64,000 nt of DNA from Candidatus Melainabacteria bacterium 17Bon1m. Lineage in GTDB: Bacteria; Cyanobacteriota; Vampirovibrionia; Obscuribacterales; Obscuribacteraceae. The notes under the pieces are model-generated. The model was given only the letters and a program-made list of their open reading frames with translations. It did no database searches and had not been told where the DNA came from. Shown in pieces: positions 1-10,667 of the stretch. A program made the translations under genes and the position numbers. Every line of letters starts with the position of its first letter. The stretch's first letter is position 1. The DNA lies in the NCBI GenBank assembly GCA_032128875.1, contig JAVLKG010000005.1, positions 539,030 through 603,029 of the forward strand, in the 5' to 3' direction.

Positions 1-279
1 GCATTTGAAATCTTCGCGTCCATGAATTTTGAATGATGCAGGCAGCTTGCCTTTAACTGATCTCTCGAGATGCGCGTTGGAAACTTCGCCATAATTCCAC
101 TTGCCACTGGTCTGCTGAGAGACCGGCTCATCTAACGAAACGACTGCAATAAACTCGGCTTGCTTGATCATCTCGCGTGCCGGTGGGTGATAGGCCTTCG
201 CCAGCGATGCCGAAGAGGCGAGCAGGAAAGCGGCTGCCAGGACCAATGTGCGGCCGGTACCTGTTGTCCTTTTGGTCAT
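1..279 (-). CDS. Partial secreted hypothetical protein (runs off window start)
   Basis: Read manually: ATG at 279 with upstream GGGAGAGG; MTKRTTGTGRTLVLAAAFLLASSASLAKAYHPPAREMIK..., signal-peptide-like; open to position 1. Confidence 0.7.
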   Translation of the reverse strand, partial: MTKRTTGTGRTLVLAAAFLLASSASLAKAYHPPAREMIKQAEFIAVVSLDEPVSQQTSGKWNYGEVSNAHLERSVKGKLPASFKIHGREDFKC

Positions 280-462
280 TTCGCCTCTCCCGTGATTTTT
301 TTCGATTGACCAGACTGCCCTACACTGACGCTTTTTTACTTTCAGCAGCTGCAGCTATTTCCAATTTTAAGGTGGGAAATTGAACTTTTTGCCTCTTGCA
401 GACGTTTTCTAATAGTAGGGACATGCTGTCTCTGAAACTTCAAAACCCGGAGGGGCGGCGAG

Positions 463-2103
463 ATGCTTACACCCCCTGTATTTCTGCTGCTCGCATCCCT
501 GCACTTTGCTGTCGGCGCTTTGGTTTGCGCCTGCTTTCAAAGCTGGACATTGATCATCTTCCCGTCTTTGCTGGGTTTTCTCTTGGGCGCTCTGGTGCTA
601 TCTGGCAACTGCTGCCCTTTCGAGGGATCTCGCCGTTTTCCTTCACTTGTACTATGTCTGGTCCTTTTGGTCCTTCCGGCATTTGGGTTCTTCTATACAA
701 GCCTTCGTCAGGTGCGTGCTTCCGATAAGGACCTGGCTCGGTTTGCCGGAAAACATGTATACATAGACGCTGCTGTTGAGTCTTGTCTTCCCTTGAGGAA
801 TGGCACAACCAAGCGCTTTACTTGCCAGGTCAAAAACGTCGCAATCAAGCGCAACAGGCGGTTTGAGGTAATCAAATGCGATGGCACAACATTGCTTTTC
901 ATTCGAAAGAGTTCGCCATTTTTTGAAAAGCTGAATCGAAAGTCACATTTTCGCTGCTTGTGCAGAGTGGCTTCCATAGCTGATTTAGAAAGAGATGGCA
1001 TGCAGGGCTATGCGAATTACCTGAAGCGAATGGGTGTTACGAGTCTGAGTTATCTTGATGGCGGAAGAAGTTTTCACTTTCTGCCTGATGAGAAGACCTC
1101 TTCAGCCGCTCTTCAAATTGCCGATGCCATTACCGACTGGACAGAGGCTCAACGTGGTCGGTTGATCTCAGCGCATATACGCAATCTTGGGTCTGATATA
1201 GGTTCTCTGCTTACTGCAATGGTTCTCGGTGAAAGGGCTGTAGGATTGAATTCTGATTTGCTGACTTCCTTTAGAGCGGTCGGTCTCTCTCATGTGCTGG
1301 CTGCTTCCGGATTTAACCTGACGGTCGTGACCTTGTCCACGCACTGGGTTTGTCGCGTACTAGGCCTTTCTGCAATCCCCACGAATTGCTTGAGTTTTGC
1401 GATGATGAGCGTGTTTGTACTCTTTGCCGGCAACAGCTCATCGGTTGTGCGAGCCAGTCTGATGTGCGCCTTAGCGATCGCTTGCAGCAGCCTGGGGCGC
1501 CGCGTCAAGATAGAGGGACTACTAGCATCAGCACTTTTGATCTGCACTATCGTGGATCCCTTATCCGTGGCTGATCCAGGCTTTCAGCTCTCCTACGTTG
1601 CTGTTTCCGGGATAGTATTTCTAGTTGCACCTATTGCTGATTTGTTTAAAGAGATCGTGCCTAACCGCTGGTTGCGTATGTTTCTCGATTGCTTACTAAC
1701 TGTTTCAGTGGCTCAGGCATGCGTGTTGCCATTGCAATTTTTCTACTTCAGGCAGATAGGATTGTTGTTCTTGCCTGCAAATCTTTTGGCATCAATTGTG
1801 GTGACACCAGTGACGGTGGCAGGATTTGCATCATCATTGATATTGCTAGTCTGTCCGCCGGGGGTTTTTGCTGTGCCCTTTCACTTCCTTTCTATGCTTC
1901 TTGACTGGTTTGCGGCGATTCCTCTAAGGTTTCTCGTTTGGGTTGTCTCTGGCCTTTCTTCGTGCCCGGGGTCAGTTTTGAATGTTCCTCAAATTGGTGC
2001 ATGGCTTGTTTTTCTCTACTATCTTTTGCTTGTTGTTTTATCTTTCGAGGTTTTGGCACGTCTTCGCGCATACAGCGACAGGCGCAGAAAAGAAGCTGAC
2101 TAG
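463..2103 (+). CDS. comEC: ComEC/Rec2 family competence protein (no C-terminal metallo-beta-lactamase domain evident)
   Basis: Motifs AMVLGE, GLSHVLAASGFN, SVVRA, DPGFQLSY, LPANLL; multiple TM helices. Confidence 0.9.
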   Translation: MLTPPVFLLLASLHFAVGALVCACFQSWTLIIFPSLLGFLLGALVLSGNCCPFEGSRRFPSLVLCLVLLVLPAFGFFYTSLRQVRASDKDLARFAGKHVYIDAAVESCLPLRNGTTKRFTCQVKNVAIKRNRRFEVIKCDGTTLLFIRKSSPFFEKLNRKSHFRCLCRVASIADLERDGMQGYANYLKRMGVTSLSYLDGGRSFHFLPDEKTSSAALQIADAITDWTEAQRGRLISAHIRNLGSDIGSLLTAMVLGERAVGLNSDLLTSFRAVGLSHVLAASGFNLTVVTLSTHWVCRVLGLSAIPTNCLSFAMMSVFVLFAGNSSSVVRASLMCALAIACSSLGRRVKIEGLLASALLICTIVDPLSVADPGFQLSYVAVSGIVFLVAPIADLFKEIVPNRWLRMFLDCLLTVSVAQACVLPLQFFYFRQIGLLFLPANLLASIVVTPVTVAGFASSLILLVCPPGVFAVPFHFLSMLLDWFAAIPLRFLVWVVSGLSSCPGSVLNVPQIGAWLVFLYYLLLVVLSFEVLARLRAYSDRRRKEAD

Positions 2104-2117
2104 CAGCTTCTTTTCTG
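2085..2117. terminator. Perfect 14-bp hairpin over the comEC stop; probable bidirectional terminator
   Basis: CAGAAAAGAAGCTG-ACTAG-CAGCTTCTTTTCTG between convergent genes. Confidence 0.6.
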
Positions 2118-2138
2118 GCGGTTCATCAAAGAGCAATT

Positions 2139-3062
2139 CTAAAGGTTGTAATTTTCTGAGAAGACTCTGTGGTTCTTCGGGCGGTGCAGTAGCGTTGTGC
2201 CATCCGTCCAGTCAGCGGAGAATCGAATAGTGCCGTCTGGTCCTCTCTGAATTGAAACTTGAGGTCTTGATGCGAACAGTCCGCGAATCCACACATCGTT
2301 GTGAACGAATTGATTTTGTTCGAAAACTTCGTGATAAGCGCTATGTTGCTGGTCTTTGGATAACTCGCTATAGGCTTTGGCCAGGCGATCCAATTCGCGC
2401 TGTGCGGTTTCTTCATTGTAAGGAGAATATCTTTGAAACGAGCGTAATTCTTTGTTGAAGACTTCTAGATCTGCGGGGTTGCCTCTTTCCGCTGCGATAA
2501 GCCGTGGCTCTTCTTTTTTGAGTTCTTTCTTTTGCTCCGGCTGTCCATCAAGCTTTTCGCTGTTGTCTGTTTTTGGGAAAAATTGCGTGCGGTTGTATTT
2601 GCGCTCCAATTCATCAGCGTTTTCTGCAATCAATTCTTGCGACCGGACGTAGCCTCCTTTAACTTGTCGAGCTTGATAAAACTTGCCGTCTTGCCCTAGG
2701 ACCACAACGTTTTCAGCTTTTGCTGCGTTGTCTCGCTTGCGGCCGATTGCGATGACAAGGTCGTCATTGCCGAGGTCTTTGTCACCATCTGCGGTGAGTC
2801 CTACGACTCTGCAGTTGCGCAAATTTGTTTTGTCATCTGTCACATCTAAGTTGGGTAGGACGTTGGAGGAGATCAAACCATCTGTTGCGCCACGCAATTC
2901 TGCCCACTTCAAAGAGTTTTTTTGTGCTGCAGGAAGGCCATTCAAGGAGTTAAGTTCTGCGGCAAAAGTCTTCACGCACTCTTGCGAAACAGTGTGCTTT
3001 TCCTTATCCCACTGCTCCGCAAACTTTTGTCCTTGCTGGGTAGCTTCGGCTTTTGTAAGCAT
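2139..3062 (-). CDS. Hypothetical protein (N-terminus similar to 6860..7705)
   Basis: 307-aa ORF, strong SD AGGAGG upstream, no signal peptide. Confidence 0.8.
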   Translation of the reverse strand: MLTKAEATQQGQKFAEQWDKEKHTVSQECVKTFAAELNSLNGLPAAQKNSLKWAELRGATDGLISSNVLPNLDVTDDKTNLRNCRVVGLTADGDKDLGNDDLVIAIGRKRDNAAKAENVVVLGQDGKFYQARQVKGGYVRSQELIAENADELERKYNRTQFFPKTDNSEKLDGQPEQKKELKKEEPRLIAAERGNPADLEVFNKELRSFQRYSPYNEETAQRELDRLAKAYSELSKDQQHSAYHEVFEQNQFVHNDVWIRGLFASRPQVSIQRGPDGTIRFSADWTDGTTLLHRPKNHRVFSENYNL

Positions 3063-3200
3063 CTAAATTCCTCCTGGCGCCAATAAACGCAAAACTAAAT
3101 CGGTTCGTCGCTGACGATACCGATACGTTACGTATGGCGCGGATCAAGGTTGGGGCGTACTTGGGGCGATTTTGGGTCACCACTTTAAATGCTTTCAGTT

Positions 3201-3961
3201 TTACTTTTCGAAGAATTGAAAAATGTTGACTTGTCCGTAAAAAATCTCTGATGATTTTTTCGCTTTTTTGAACGCTTGAAGATTGGGAAGCTTGAACTCA
3301 TCAAGCTTTTGAACCTCTAACTTGATGGTCTCGAGTTGGTTGCGAGGACGTCCGATAGCATATGCTGTTTCCATCTTTAGCGGGATGCCTCCAAAAACCG
3401 GATTGTGCTCGATGCGCTTGAGTAGATGGCAGAAGGGTTGAGTAACCTCGGGCGTACTGAGGGAGAAAACTTGTGATTTTACAGACGTCTCGCCTTGCCT
3501 TTCAGGCACGTATACCATCTCAGTTCTGGCATACACACCTACTGTGCTGCGGTAGCGGTATTCATCCACCTCAAAACCAAAGAGTTTTTTCTTGCCGTAG
3601 AATTTCCAATACTTTTGTTCTAAGTCCAAGTCTGTGACAGTGTTTAGCGTTTTTGCGAGCCCATATTCAAATTGTGAAATCGGGCACTGAAAGTAAGTTT
3701 TCTTTTGTGGGCAAACAAGCAGAACTTCCGGGTTTTTTACCCTCGAATCTATATATATAGCGTGCAACCCATTTGCTTGATTTTGATGACAGAAATTCCC
3801 GTTGAAGCAAACAGCTCCAGAGGACCCAGCATGTGATGAGCCTGCAGTACGTGCAGGTAAGTAACCTTTTGTGCGGACCAGGCCGGGACCCATGCCACGG
3901 CGCAAGCAGCAATGGTTGAAAGTGCTATGAATACACATTTGCGCCGATTTGGAAGTCTCAT
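3201..3961 (-). pseudogene. Secreted hypothetical protein frameshifted at a (TA)5 tract (3750-3759)
   Basis: ORF 3749..3961 has a signal peptide and stops inside the TA tract; removing one TA joins it in frame to the 3201 ORF (...GCTLYIDSRVKNPEV...), giving 252 aa. Confidence 0.75.
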
Positions 3962-4074
3962 CTTGATATGTGCTTCGTCGTCTCTTTACTTAGCTTTGCA
4001 GATATTGGCGATTGTGTCATTATTGACCGGAAACAAGCCGGTAATCTTGCCGGAATCCCGTCGGTACTTTACTA

Positions 4075-4767
4075 ATGGCCAAGATTCTTTTGATTGAAGA
4101 TGACCAACATTTGGCGGCATCTATAAAAGAACAGTTGGAAAATTCCAAACATGTAGTTGAGCATGTGGCAGAAGGCAAGGAAGGCTTCGACCGCCTCAAG
4201 CTTTATTCTTATGATGTCGCGATTTTGGATTGGGCGTTGCCGGATATGCAAGGTATCGATGTGCTCAGGCAATTTCGAGACATCGGTGGAGTTACTCCAG
4301 TGCTGATGCTTACTGGTAAGGCTGACGTGGATTTCCGCTTAGAGGGCTTTTCTTCCGGTGCAGATGATTATCTTACCAAGCCCTTCGATTTTAGAGAGTT
4401 GGCTTCGCGTTTGAATGCGCTTTTACGACGTCCTGCAAACTATTGCCCGAGCAATTTGACTATTGGCGAATTGGAAATCGATATTGCTGCAAAAGTTGTG
4501 CGGCGCAAAGGCGTAAAGCTGAAGTTGTTGCCAAAGGAATTCGCTGTTCTTGAGTTTCTTGTGCGGCGCGCGGACAGTTTTTTTGATACTGAGGCTTTGC
4601 TTACGCACGTATGGAGCTCTGAGTCGGATGCATCGGAAGCTGCGGTTTGGCAGACTATCAAAAGATTGCGCAGCAAGCTTGATGTAGAGGGCGAGGAGTC
4701 AATAATTGTGAATGTCAAAGGCATGGGCTACAAAGTTGAAAAGGAACGGCTGAAAGCTCGTGACTGA
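4075..4767 (+). CDS. OmpR/PhoB-family response regulator
   Basis: ILLIEDD, LDWALP, GADDYLTKPF, C-terminal winged helix (LLPKEFAVL...GMGY). Confidence 0.95.
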   Translation: MAKILLIEDDQHLAASIKEQLENSKHVVEHVAEGKEGFDRLKLYSYDVAILDWALPDMQGIDVLRQFRDIGGVTPVLMLTGKADVDFRLEGFSSGADDYLTKPFDFRELASRLNALLRRPANYCPSNLTIGELEIDIAAKVVRRKGVKLKLLPKEFAVLEFLVRRADSFFDTEALLTHVWSSESDASEAAVWQTIKRLRSKLDVEGEESIIVNVKGMGYKVEKERLKARD

Positions 4768-4803
4768 TTCTTAGATTTTTGGGGAGCCGCAAGACGAAAT
4801 CGT

Positions 4804-6564
4804 ATGAAACTTTGGCAACGCCTGGCTCTTCTTGCTGTAATACCGCTGCTATTGCAATGCTATTTGTTGACGCAGGTGAAGGCTGCTCAAGAAGAACTCG
4901 ACCGTGCTTACGTGGAAGAGCGCCGGCAAAAAGACGTAATTATTCTCATCAGCAAAGCAATCAAATCAGCCATGGATTCGCTTTCGGACATTGTGAGCTA
5001 CAAGTCCAAACATGTGCAACTCAAAAAGGAACGCTCTCTGCATCATCTAGGCAGAGTGAGAAAGATACGCGAAGAGCTCAAAGCTATGGCCGGCTCGGAA
5101 GAATATATACAGAAAGTACAGGACGTGTTGTCCGAAATCGACGAAACAGTACAGGCAACCATTGATGAGGACGAGAACGAGGTAAATCTGAGGGATCTGA
5201 GCAAAACGCTGAGGTTTACCAAGCTGGGGCGCAAGGCGATTGCCATTATGGATTATGCTCAGTTTCAGCAGGAGATGAAGTACAAGCAGATGCTTGTCGT
5301 CGTGCAAGCAAAGCGCAAGCACTTTGATGAGATGGCGTTGCAATCAGCTTTTCTGTGTGCCGCTGTTTCCTTTGGATTTGCAGCCTATGTCATTTATTTG
5401 ACCTCGCAGCAGTTGAAGGTACTAAAGAAAAACTCTGAAAATCTTGCACGCGGGGAGAAATTACTGCCTCCAATGCGCGGTTCGGATGAGCTTGCAGACG
5501 TGGATAGAACTTTTCACTTGATGGCAAAATCGATCAAGCAGTTAAGCGAGCGTGAGAGAGCCATTTTAAAAAATTCAGGAGAATGGATTTTTGCAATTGA
5601 CTCCAAGTTGCGTTTTTCTTTTGTCAGCGACGCGGTTGAAAAACTCTTGGGTGCAAAGCCCGAGGAGTTACTGGGGCAGCATGTGACCAATGTTTTGGCA
5701 GAAGCGACGGAAACCATTGAGAAGGCTCGAACGAGCGCCACTGATCAAGTGTTTGAAACAAACTTGAAGTCTAATAATGAAGTGCCTGTTGAGATTCAAA
5801 TATCTGCGCACTGGTCTGACGAGGAGCAAACCTACTTTTGTATCGCACACGATATAGGCGCGCGCAAAGATTTAGAGCGGATGAAGCAAAGCTTTATGGC
5901 GATGGTGAGCCATGATCTACGCACTCCTGTTTCTGCCAACTTGCTTACTTTGGACTTATTGAAGAGTGATCCGGCAATAGGAAATTTGACCGACCGTGGC
6001 AGGACTCTGGTTGAGCGGTCCATTGCCAGCAATAACAGACTTATGTTTTTGATTAATGACTTGCTCGAGCTTGAGCGCTTAGATAGCGGTCAGCTGACAT
6101 TGGATATGGAATTAGTCACTTTCAATGATTTGATTGACGAAACACTTCCAGGCGTTGAGATGCTCGCCAAGGCGAAAGACATTACCATTGAGCGAGACGA
6201 TAGCGATCGGTTTATCTACTGTGAGAGCGCGCGTATCGTGCAGGTTCTGGTTAATTTGATTGGGAATGCTGTGAAGTTTTCTCCAAGCGGCAAAAAGGTG
6301 TTTCTCAAATATGCCGAAGGCGGTGGATACTGCAAGATTTCCGTATCTGATGAAGGTCCTGGAATCAATAAGGACTCACTTTCATCCATATTCGACAAGT
6401 TCACACAAGTGAAAGAAGCATCGGGCGCCCACAAGCAAGGCTTTGGGCTGGGTCTGGAGATTTGCAAAAAACTAGTCGAATTGCACGGTGGCAGTATCGC
6501 CGTCAGCAGCGAGTTGGGCGTCGGAACTACGTTTGAAATCTCCCTGCCTCTAAAAGAAGTTTAG
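4804..6564 (+). CDS. Membrane sensor histidine kinase (HAMP-PAS-HisKA-HATPase)
   Basis: Two TM segments; SHDLRTP H-box; NLIGNAVKF, DEGPGI, GFGLGL. Confidence 0.95.
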   Translation: MKLWQRLALLAVIPLLLQCYLLTQVKAAQEELDRAYVEERRQKDVIILISKAIKSAMDSLSDIVSYKSKHVQLKKERSLHHLGRVRKIREELKAMAGSEEYIQKVQDVLSEIDETVQATIDEDENEVNLRDLSKTLRFTKLGRKAIAIMDYAQFQQEMKYKQMLVVVQAKRKHFDEMALQSAFLCAAVSFGFAAYVIYLTSQQLKVLKKNSENLARGEKLLPPMRGSDELADVDRTFHLMAKSIKQLSERERAILKNSGEWIFAIDSKLRFSFVSDAVEKLLGAKPEELLGQHVTNVLAEATETIEKARTSATDQVFETNLKSNNEVPVEIQISAHWSDEEQTYFCIAHDIGARKDLERMKQSFMAMVSHDLRTPVSANLLTLDLLKSDPAIGNLTDRGRTLVERSIASNNRLMFLINDLLELERLDSGQLTLDMELVTFNDLIDETLPGVEMLAKAKDITIERDDSDRFIYCESARIVQVLVNLIGNAVKFSPSGKKVFLKYAEGGGYCKISVSDEGPGINKDSLSSIFDKFTQVKEASGAHKQGFGLGLEICKKLVELHGGSIAVSSELGVGTTFEISLPLKEV

Positions 6565-6859
6565 AAGGGCAGCGGTAGAGGAATTTTTCGCCCTGACGAT
6601 TTTGTCAGTCAAATGTCAGTGACCGGGTCTATGTTGTGAGCGTGAAGAGCAACAAGTTGCTACCACAGCCCTCTCTACCACCCCCCTTGATCAATTTCAA
6701 AATAACCATGATTTTGCGCTAGCCAGCAACTGCGGCGCCTGTTGGGCGAAAGGGAAGATGACCGCTGGGAGTTTCTCGGCAGGCGTCTCGGTTGACTGTG
6801 CAAAAATCCCCTATTACCAGTACCTGTCAGGTTTTCTGGCGGCGACAAAGGAGTTTTCC

Positions 6860-7705
6860 ATGGCAGTAAGAAACATCGACAAAGCCGAAGCCACGTCCCA
6901 CAAATTCGTCGATCGCGTGGAAGATGGGCTAGGTAATGAAACCCTATGGCAAGAGTGCAGCGATGCTCTCGGACAGGCAAGCAATCCGGCGGAGCGTCAG
7001 CGTATGGTTCGAGACCTCGAAAACAACGGCGTCTTGCCGCGCATGCTGCTTGTTTGCGGCGCTGCAATAGATATTGATGGTGACGGCGTGACAAGAGAGG
7101 AAATTGATACTGCCATAAACGACACTACGGGCGACTACAAGAATCAGACAAAATTGTCCGCAGAATATGCCAAAGAGCACTTCGATGACATCGATACTGA
7201 CGATGACGACCATTTGACTCGCGATGAAATTGATGCCTGGCGTGATGCGCATCAAGGCGATGTTCATCCCTCAGAAAGTTCGCCCTATCAGCAAGACCCG
7301 GAGCGCCCTACAGACAGTGTTCCGGAGAATCAGAAACAATATGAAAAACGCCTGATGGATCCAGGAGCCTCAGCGCAAGAGAAATTGGAAGCTGTTGAAA
7401 AACTGCATGAATTGGGCGTAAAGAGCGTCACTTTGACTGACAGCAACGGCAACACGAAGACCTTTCAGATTCAAGTCGAACCGGTCAGCCCCGGAAGCAC
7501 CAGGCAATATGTGCATCTTTACGATACAAGCTCCGGACGAATTGTCCTTCGCGGCATCGGTGCCGACGGCAATTACTCTCAGGAAGTCGGACGTGGTGGA
7601 CGTCCTGTAGGATACGGCGGAGACATCTTCTCAGGCACAAACTCCGGTTCTAACGTTGTTAACTTTGACAGACTTGATCTAGATCCACGAGCATCCGCAG
7701 TCTAG
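6860..7705 (+). CDS. Acidic EF-hand-containing hypothetical protein with unnamed C-terminal domain
   Basis: Start moved to ATG 6860 (SD AAGGAG); EF loops DIDGDGVTREE and DTDDDDHLTRDE. Confidence 0.75.
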   Translation: MAVRNIDKAEATSHKFVDRVEDGLGNETLWQECSDALGQASNPAERQRMVRDLENNGVLPRMLLVCGAAIDIDGDGVTREEIDTAINDTTGDYKNQTKLSAEYAKEHFDDIDTDDDDHLTRDEIDAWRDAHQGDVHPSESSPYQQDPERPTDSVPENQKQYEKRLMDPGASAQEKLEAVEKLHELGVKSVTLTDSNGNTKTFQIQVEPVSPGSTRQYVHLYDTSSGRIVLRGIGADGNYSQEVGRGGRPVGYGGDIFSGTNSGSNVVNFDRLDLDPRASAV

Positions 7706-7767
7706 AGCAACACTTTAAGTCGTTGATAGTTGACACTAAGAGGTCGCAGAAACCTCGAGGAGAATTT

Positions 7768-8322
7768 ATGACAGCCACTGTAAGAGGCTTCGGCGCTCAG
7801 GTTTATGAGTACGTCAAAAGCGATATGACAAGCGACTATGTGGGCGAAGACGAGTACAGCAGCCCGGCTCTGGAACACAACGCAGAAGTGGCGGCCGCAC
7901 GTTTGGGATTGGACTCAGACCCGCAATTGAGAGCCGATGCCATGCGAATGATGGAAAAAACTGGTGTACTTCCCGTGCTGCTATTCAAGAAGAAGGATGC
8001 ATTGGACCTTGATGACGATGGAGATATCACCAAGGACGAATTGGAGCAGGTCTTAGCTAATGACGGAACAAAAATCCTTGACAGAATTGCAGCGGAATAT
8101 GCCCTCACGCGTTTCGATCGAATAAGAGACGGCTGGGATCCTTTCGATTGGTTTGAAAACCTGGAAGAGGGTGAGATTCAGAGTAATGCCCAAGACGGGC
8201 TAGACGATGCGGAGATGGACCCTGAGGCTGTTTTCTATGGTCCTGTAACAGAAGCACCGCCGGTCGGCGAGAAAACCGCAGGCGATTCTGAAAAAGGTTG
8301 TTCTACACAACCAATTAGTTAG
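7768..8322 (+). CDS. Acidic EF-hand protein, tandem paralog of 6860..7705
   Basis: SD GAGGAG; canonical EF loop DLDDDGDITKDE; shared GVLP and AEYA..FD.I motifs. Confidence 0.75.
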   Translation: MTATVRGFGAQVYEYVKSDMTSDYVGEDEYSSPALEHNAEVAAARLGLDSDPQLRADAMRMMEKTGVLPVLLFKKKDALDLDDDGDITKDELEQVLANDGTKILDRIAAEYALTRFDRIRDGWDPFDWFENLEEGEIQSNAQDGLDDAEMDPEAVFYGPVTEAPPVGEKTAGDSEKGCSTQPIS

Positions 8323-8471
8323 TCGTATCAGGGGGAAGCTTCCACGGCAGCGAGTTTGCCCTTCGCTGCCGCCAGCTTTTGATGTTTTGAACCGTGGACA
8401 TGTGTTTGGCGTATGCCAGTTTTAATATGTCTATGAAGGTTTCGGGCAAGTTTAGATCTATAATTCGCGAC

Positions 8472-9557
8472 ATGCAATTTAGGTCTTCACTTAAGAATCG
8501 GACTCCAAGAAAGCGTCGCTGCAATTCGATGTTTCAGACGTATTTGTTGACTGCTGGACTCGTTTTTCTTGCCCCACCAAGCGCAATTTCGTCGGAGCTT
8601 TTGAATAAGGGAATCGCCGCTTACACTGCTGGCGATTATGTTCAGGCTGTAAAACTGTTGCAAGAAGCGAAGCGGCGCGATTTTGAGAATGCCAATTTGC
8701 ACTATTACATGGCCAGCGCATTCGTCAGACTTAAGAGGAATCAGGAAGCCATCCAAGAATATAAGTTGGCTTTAGATTTGAATCCCGACGGCAAGCTCGC
8801 AGAGTACTGTCGCGGCGCTTTGAATATCCTTGTGCCGACGCCGGTGAAGCCAATTGATTCGAAGGAGAAAATCGCTGCGCCGCCAAAAATTGAGAAGGGA
8901 CAGCAGCCCGGCTTGCAGCAGCCTAATTCGCAGCAACCGATAATCTATGCTTATTTAGATGGCAGCCCGGCCAGTGATCGGGCGATTCCGATACTCTCCG
9001 ACTTGCACACCAAATATGGTGACAAGATCAACTTCATTAGGAGCTATAAAGGCGGCACAAGCACGGCTCTTATGTCGAAGTATTCCGTCACCGATTTTCC
9101 TGCAGTCTTCCTTTTCGATGGTCAAGGTAAGATGATTAGGAAATTCGATAAAATGTTTTCCGAGGAATTGCTCCGTAAGGATGTAGCTCTATTAGCGCCG
9201 ACAACCGATATGACACGCCTGACTGATACAGCCGACAAGGGGCTGGCTATGTCCAGAAAGGCGATTGTTGACGAGTACAACGCGCGCGTGGCAGATGGTC
9301 GTCGCTTGGTTGATGATGCAATGAAGCAAGCGCGCAGAGAAGCTGAGAATGAGCTCTTACTGCGCAGCGGACGCGTGGCCGCAGCAGAGCGTAGCGAAGC
9401 CATCGAAGCGCGTGCTCTGGATAAAACCAACCAGTTACGCCAGGAATTCGATCGAAAGAAGCGAGAGTGGTACAGCGATGTTAGAAAACGGCTAGAGGGG
9501 CTAGGAATCAAAGATTCGACTTCAATTATTGCTCCTCCTGTAGATGGAGCCGATTGA
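8472..9557 (+). CDS. Secreted TPR + thioredoxin-like + coiled-coil protein (no CxxC)
   Basis: Signal-like segment; TPRs (GIAAYTAGDY, LHYYMASA); Trx-type YSVTDFPAVFLFDGQGK; start codon uncertain. Confidence 0.7.
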   Translation: MQFRSSLKNRTPRKRRCNSMFQTYLLTAGLVFLAPPSAISSELLNKGIAAYTAGDYVQAVKLLQEAKRRDFENANLHYYMASAFVRLKRNQEAIQEYKLALDLNPDGKLAEYCRGALNILVPTPVKPIDSKEKIAAPPKIEKGQQPGLQQPNSQQPIIYAYLDGSPASDRAIPILSDLHTKYGDKINFIRSYKGGTSTALMSKYSVTDFPAVFLFDGQGKMIRKFDKMFSEELLRKDVALLAPTTDMTRLTDTADKGLAMSRKAIVDEYNARVADGRRLVDDAMKQARREAENELLLRSGRVAAAERSEAIEARALDKTNQLRQEFDRKKREWYSDVRKRLEGLGIKDSTSIIAPPVDGAD

Positions 9558-10648
9558 TTAATAGTATGGGCGCTAGATTGTCAAATATGAAATCAATAAC
9601 ACGGCTCGAGTCAGCTTTTGCCCTCTTGTTTATGATGCATGCGCTTCCTTGCTTGGCTGCAGAAGACTTTCTTCGGCAGGGTATTGCCGCCTATCAACAA
9701 GGAAAGTACAAGGAAGCTATCGGTTGTTTTGGTGCAGCCAAAGGTACGGAATCTGAAAATCCCTTGCTGCATTACTACATGGGCAATACACTTGTCCAAT
9801 TGAAAGCCCCGGCTGATGCGCTAAGAGAATACAAGCTGGCAAGAGACTTGAGTCCCGGATCGAAGGTCGCCACGTTTTGCGATGCAGCAATTGCATCACT
9901 AGAACAAGCAAAAGCCGCCACTCAGCCTAAGGTTTTTCAAACGAAAATCGCCGGCGAGAAGTGGAGAATTCCTCTCGTAATCAGCTATGTGTGCAGTTGT
10001 CCAATGTGTGCAGACATACCTTTTCTGCTTCAACAGTTGTACGGGCAGACAAGGAAGAATGTCATTTTTCTGAGCGTTGCAAAAGGCGCAACCGACGAGA
10101 AATCTCTGAGCTTGATCAAGAAGTATGATTTATCGCTCCATCCGACAATCATCTTTGTCAACGAAAATGGAGTAATCGTCAAGCGCTTCAATGAATTTAT
10201 AAATACGACGCAGTTGCGCCAGGATGTACTGCAACTCAGTCAATCTGCTCAACCTCCCACACCGACGACAGCTGATGAAAAAGCACTAGCAACCTACCGA
10301 AATTCTCAAATGGAGGAGTTGTATGCGCAGGTTGGGCAGGAGGAAAGAAAAATTCGGGAAGAGTCAATGCGCATAGATGTGGACACAAATGCCAAGTTAG
10401 GGGCTCTAATAACTCCAGTTAGGAGGTCGCCCGACTACATCGTTGCAAAAGAGGACTACGAAGCGCAGAAGGCAAGAATTCTCGCGGACGCAGAGCAGCG
10501 TAAAAATGCGCTTCTTATGGCATCCGCGAAGCGAAAAATGGACAGCTACATCTCATTGGAAAGAAATCTAGATAAAGAGGAATTGCGCCTCAAACATCTC
10601 TCCGAGCAAAGCAAAAGAAGTGGCGCCGCCGCTCCAAGAAGCAAGTAG
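9554..10648 (+). CDS. Secreted TPR + thioredoxin-like protein (CSCPMC), paralog of upstream gene
   Basis: GIAAYQQGKY, LHYYMGN, CPMC, YDLSLHPTIIFVNENG. Confidence 0.75.
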   Translation: MINSMGARLSNMKSITRLESAFALLFMMHALPCLAAEDFLRQGIAAYQQGKYKEAIGCFGAAKGTESENPLLHYYMGNTLVQLKAPADALREYKLARDLSPGSKVATFCDAAIASLEQAKAATQPKVFQTKIAGEKWRIPLVISYVCSCPMCADIPFLLQQLYGQTRKNVIFLSVAKGATDEKSLSLIKKYDLSLHPTIIFVNENGVIVKRFNEFINTTQLRQDVLQLSQSAQPPTPTTADEKALATYRNSQMEELYAQVGQEERKIREESMRIDVDTNAKLGALITPVRRSPDYIVAKEDYEAQKARILADAEQRKNALLMASAKRKMDSYISLERNLDKEELRLKHLSEQSKRSGAAAPRSK

Positions 10649-10667
10649 CATTCTTTGATCAGCCTAG

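Noticed and set aside
6660-6690. CTACCAC direct repeat, 15-bp spacing
   Set aside because: Two short copies only; compatible with chance
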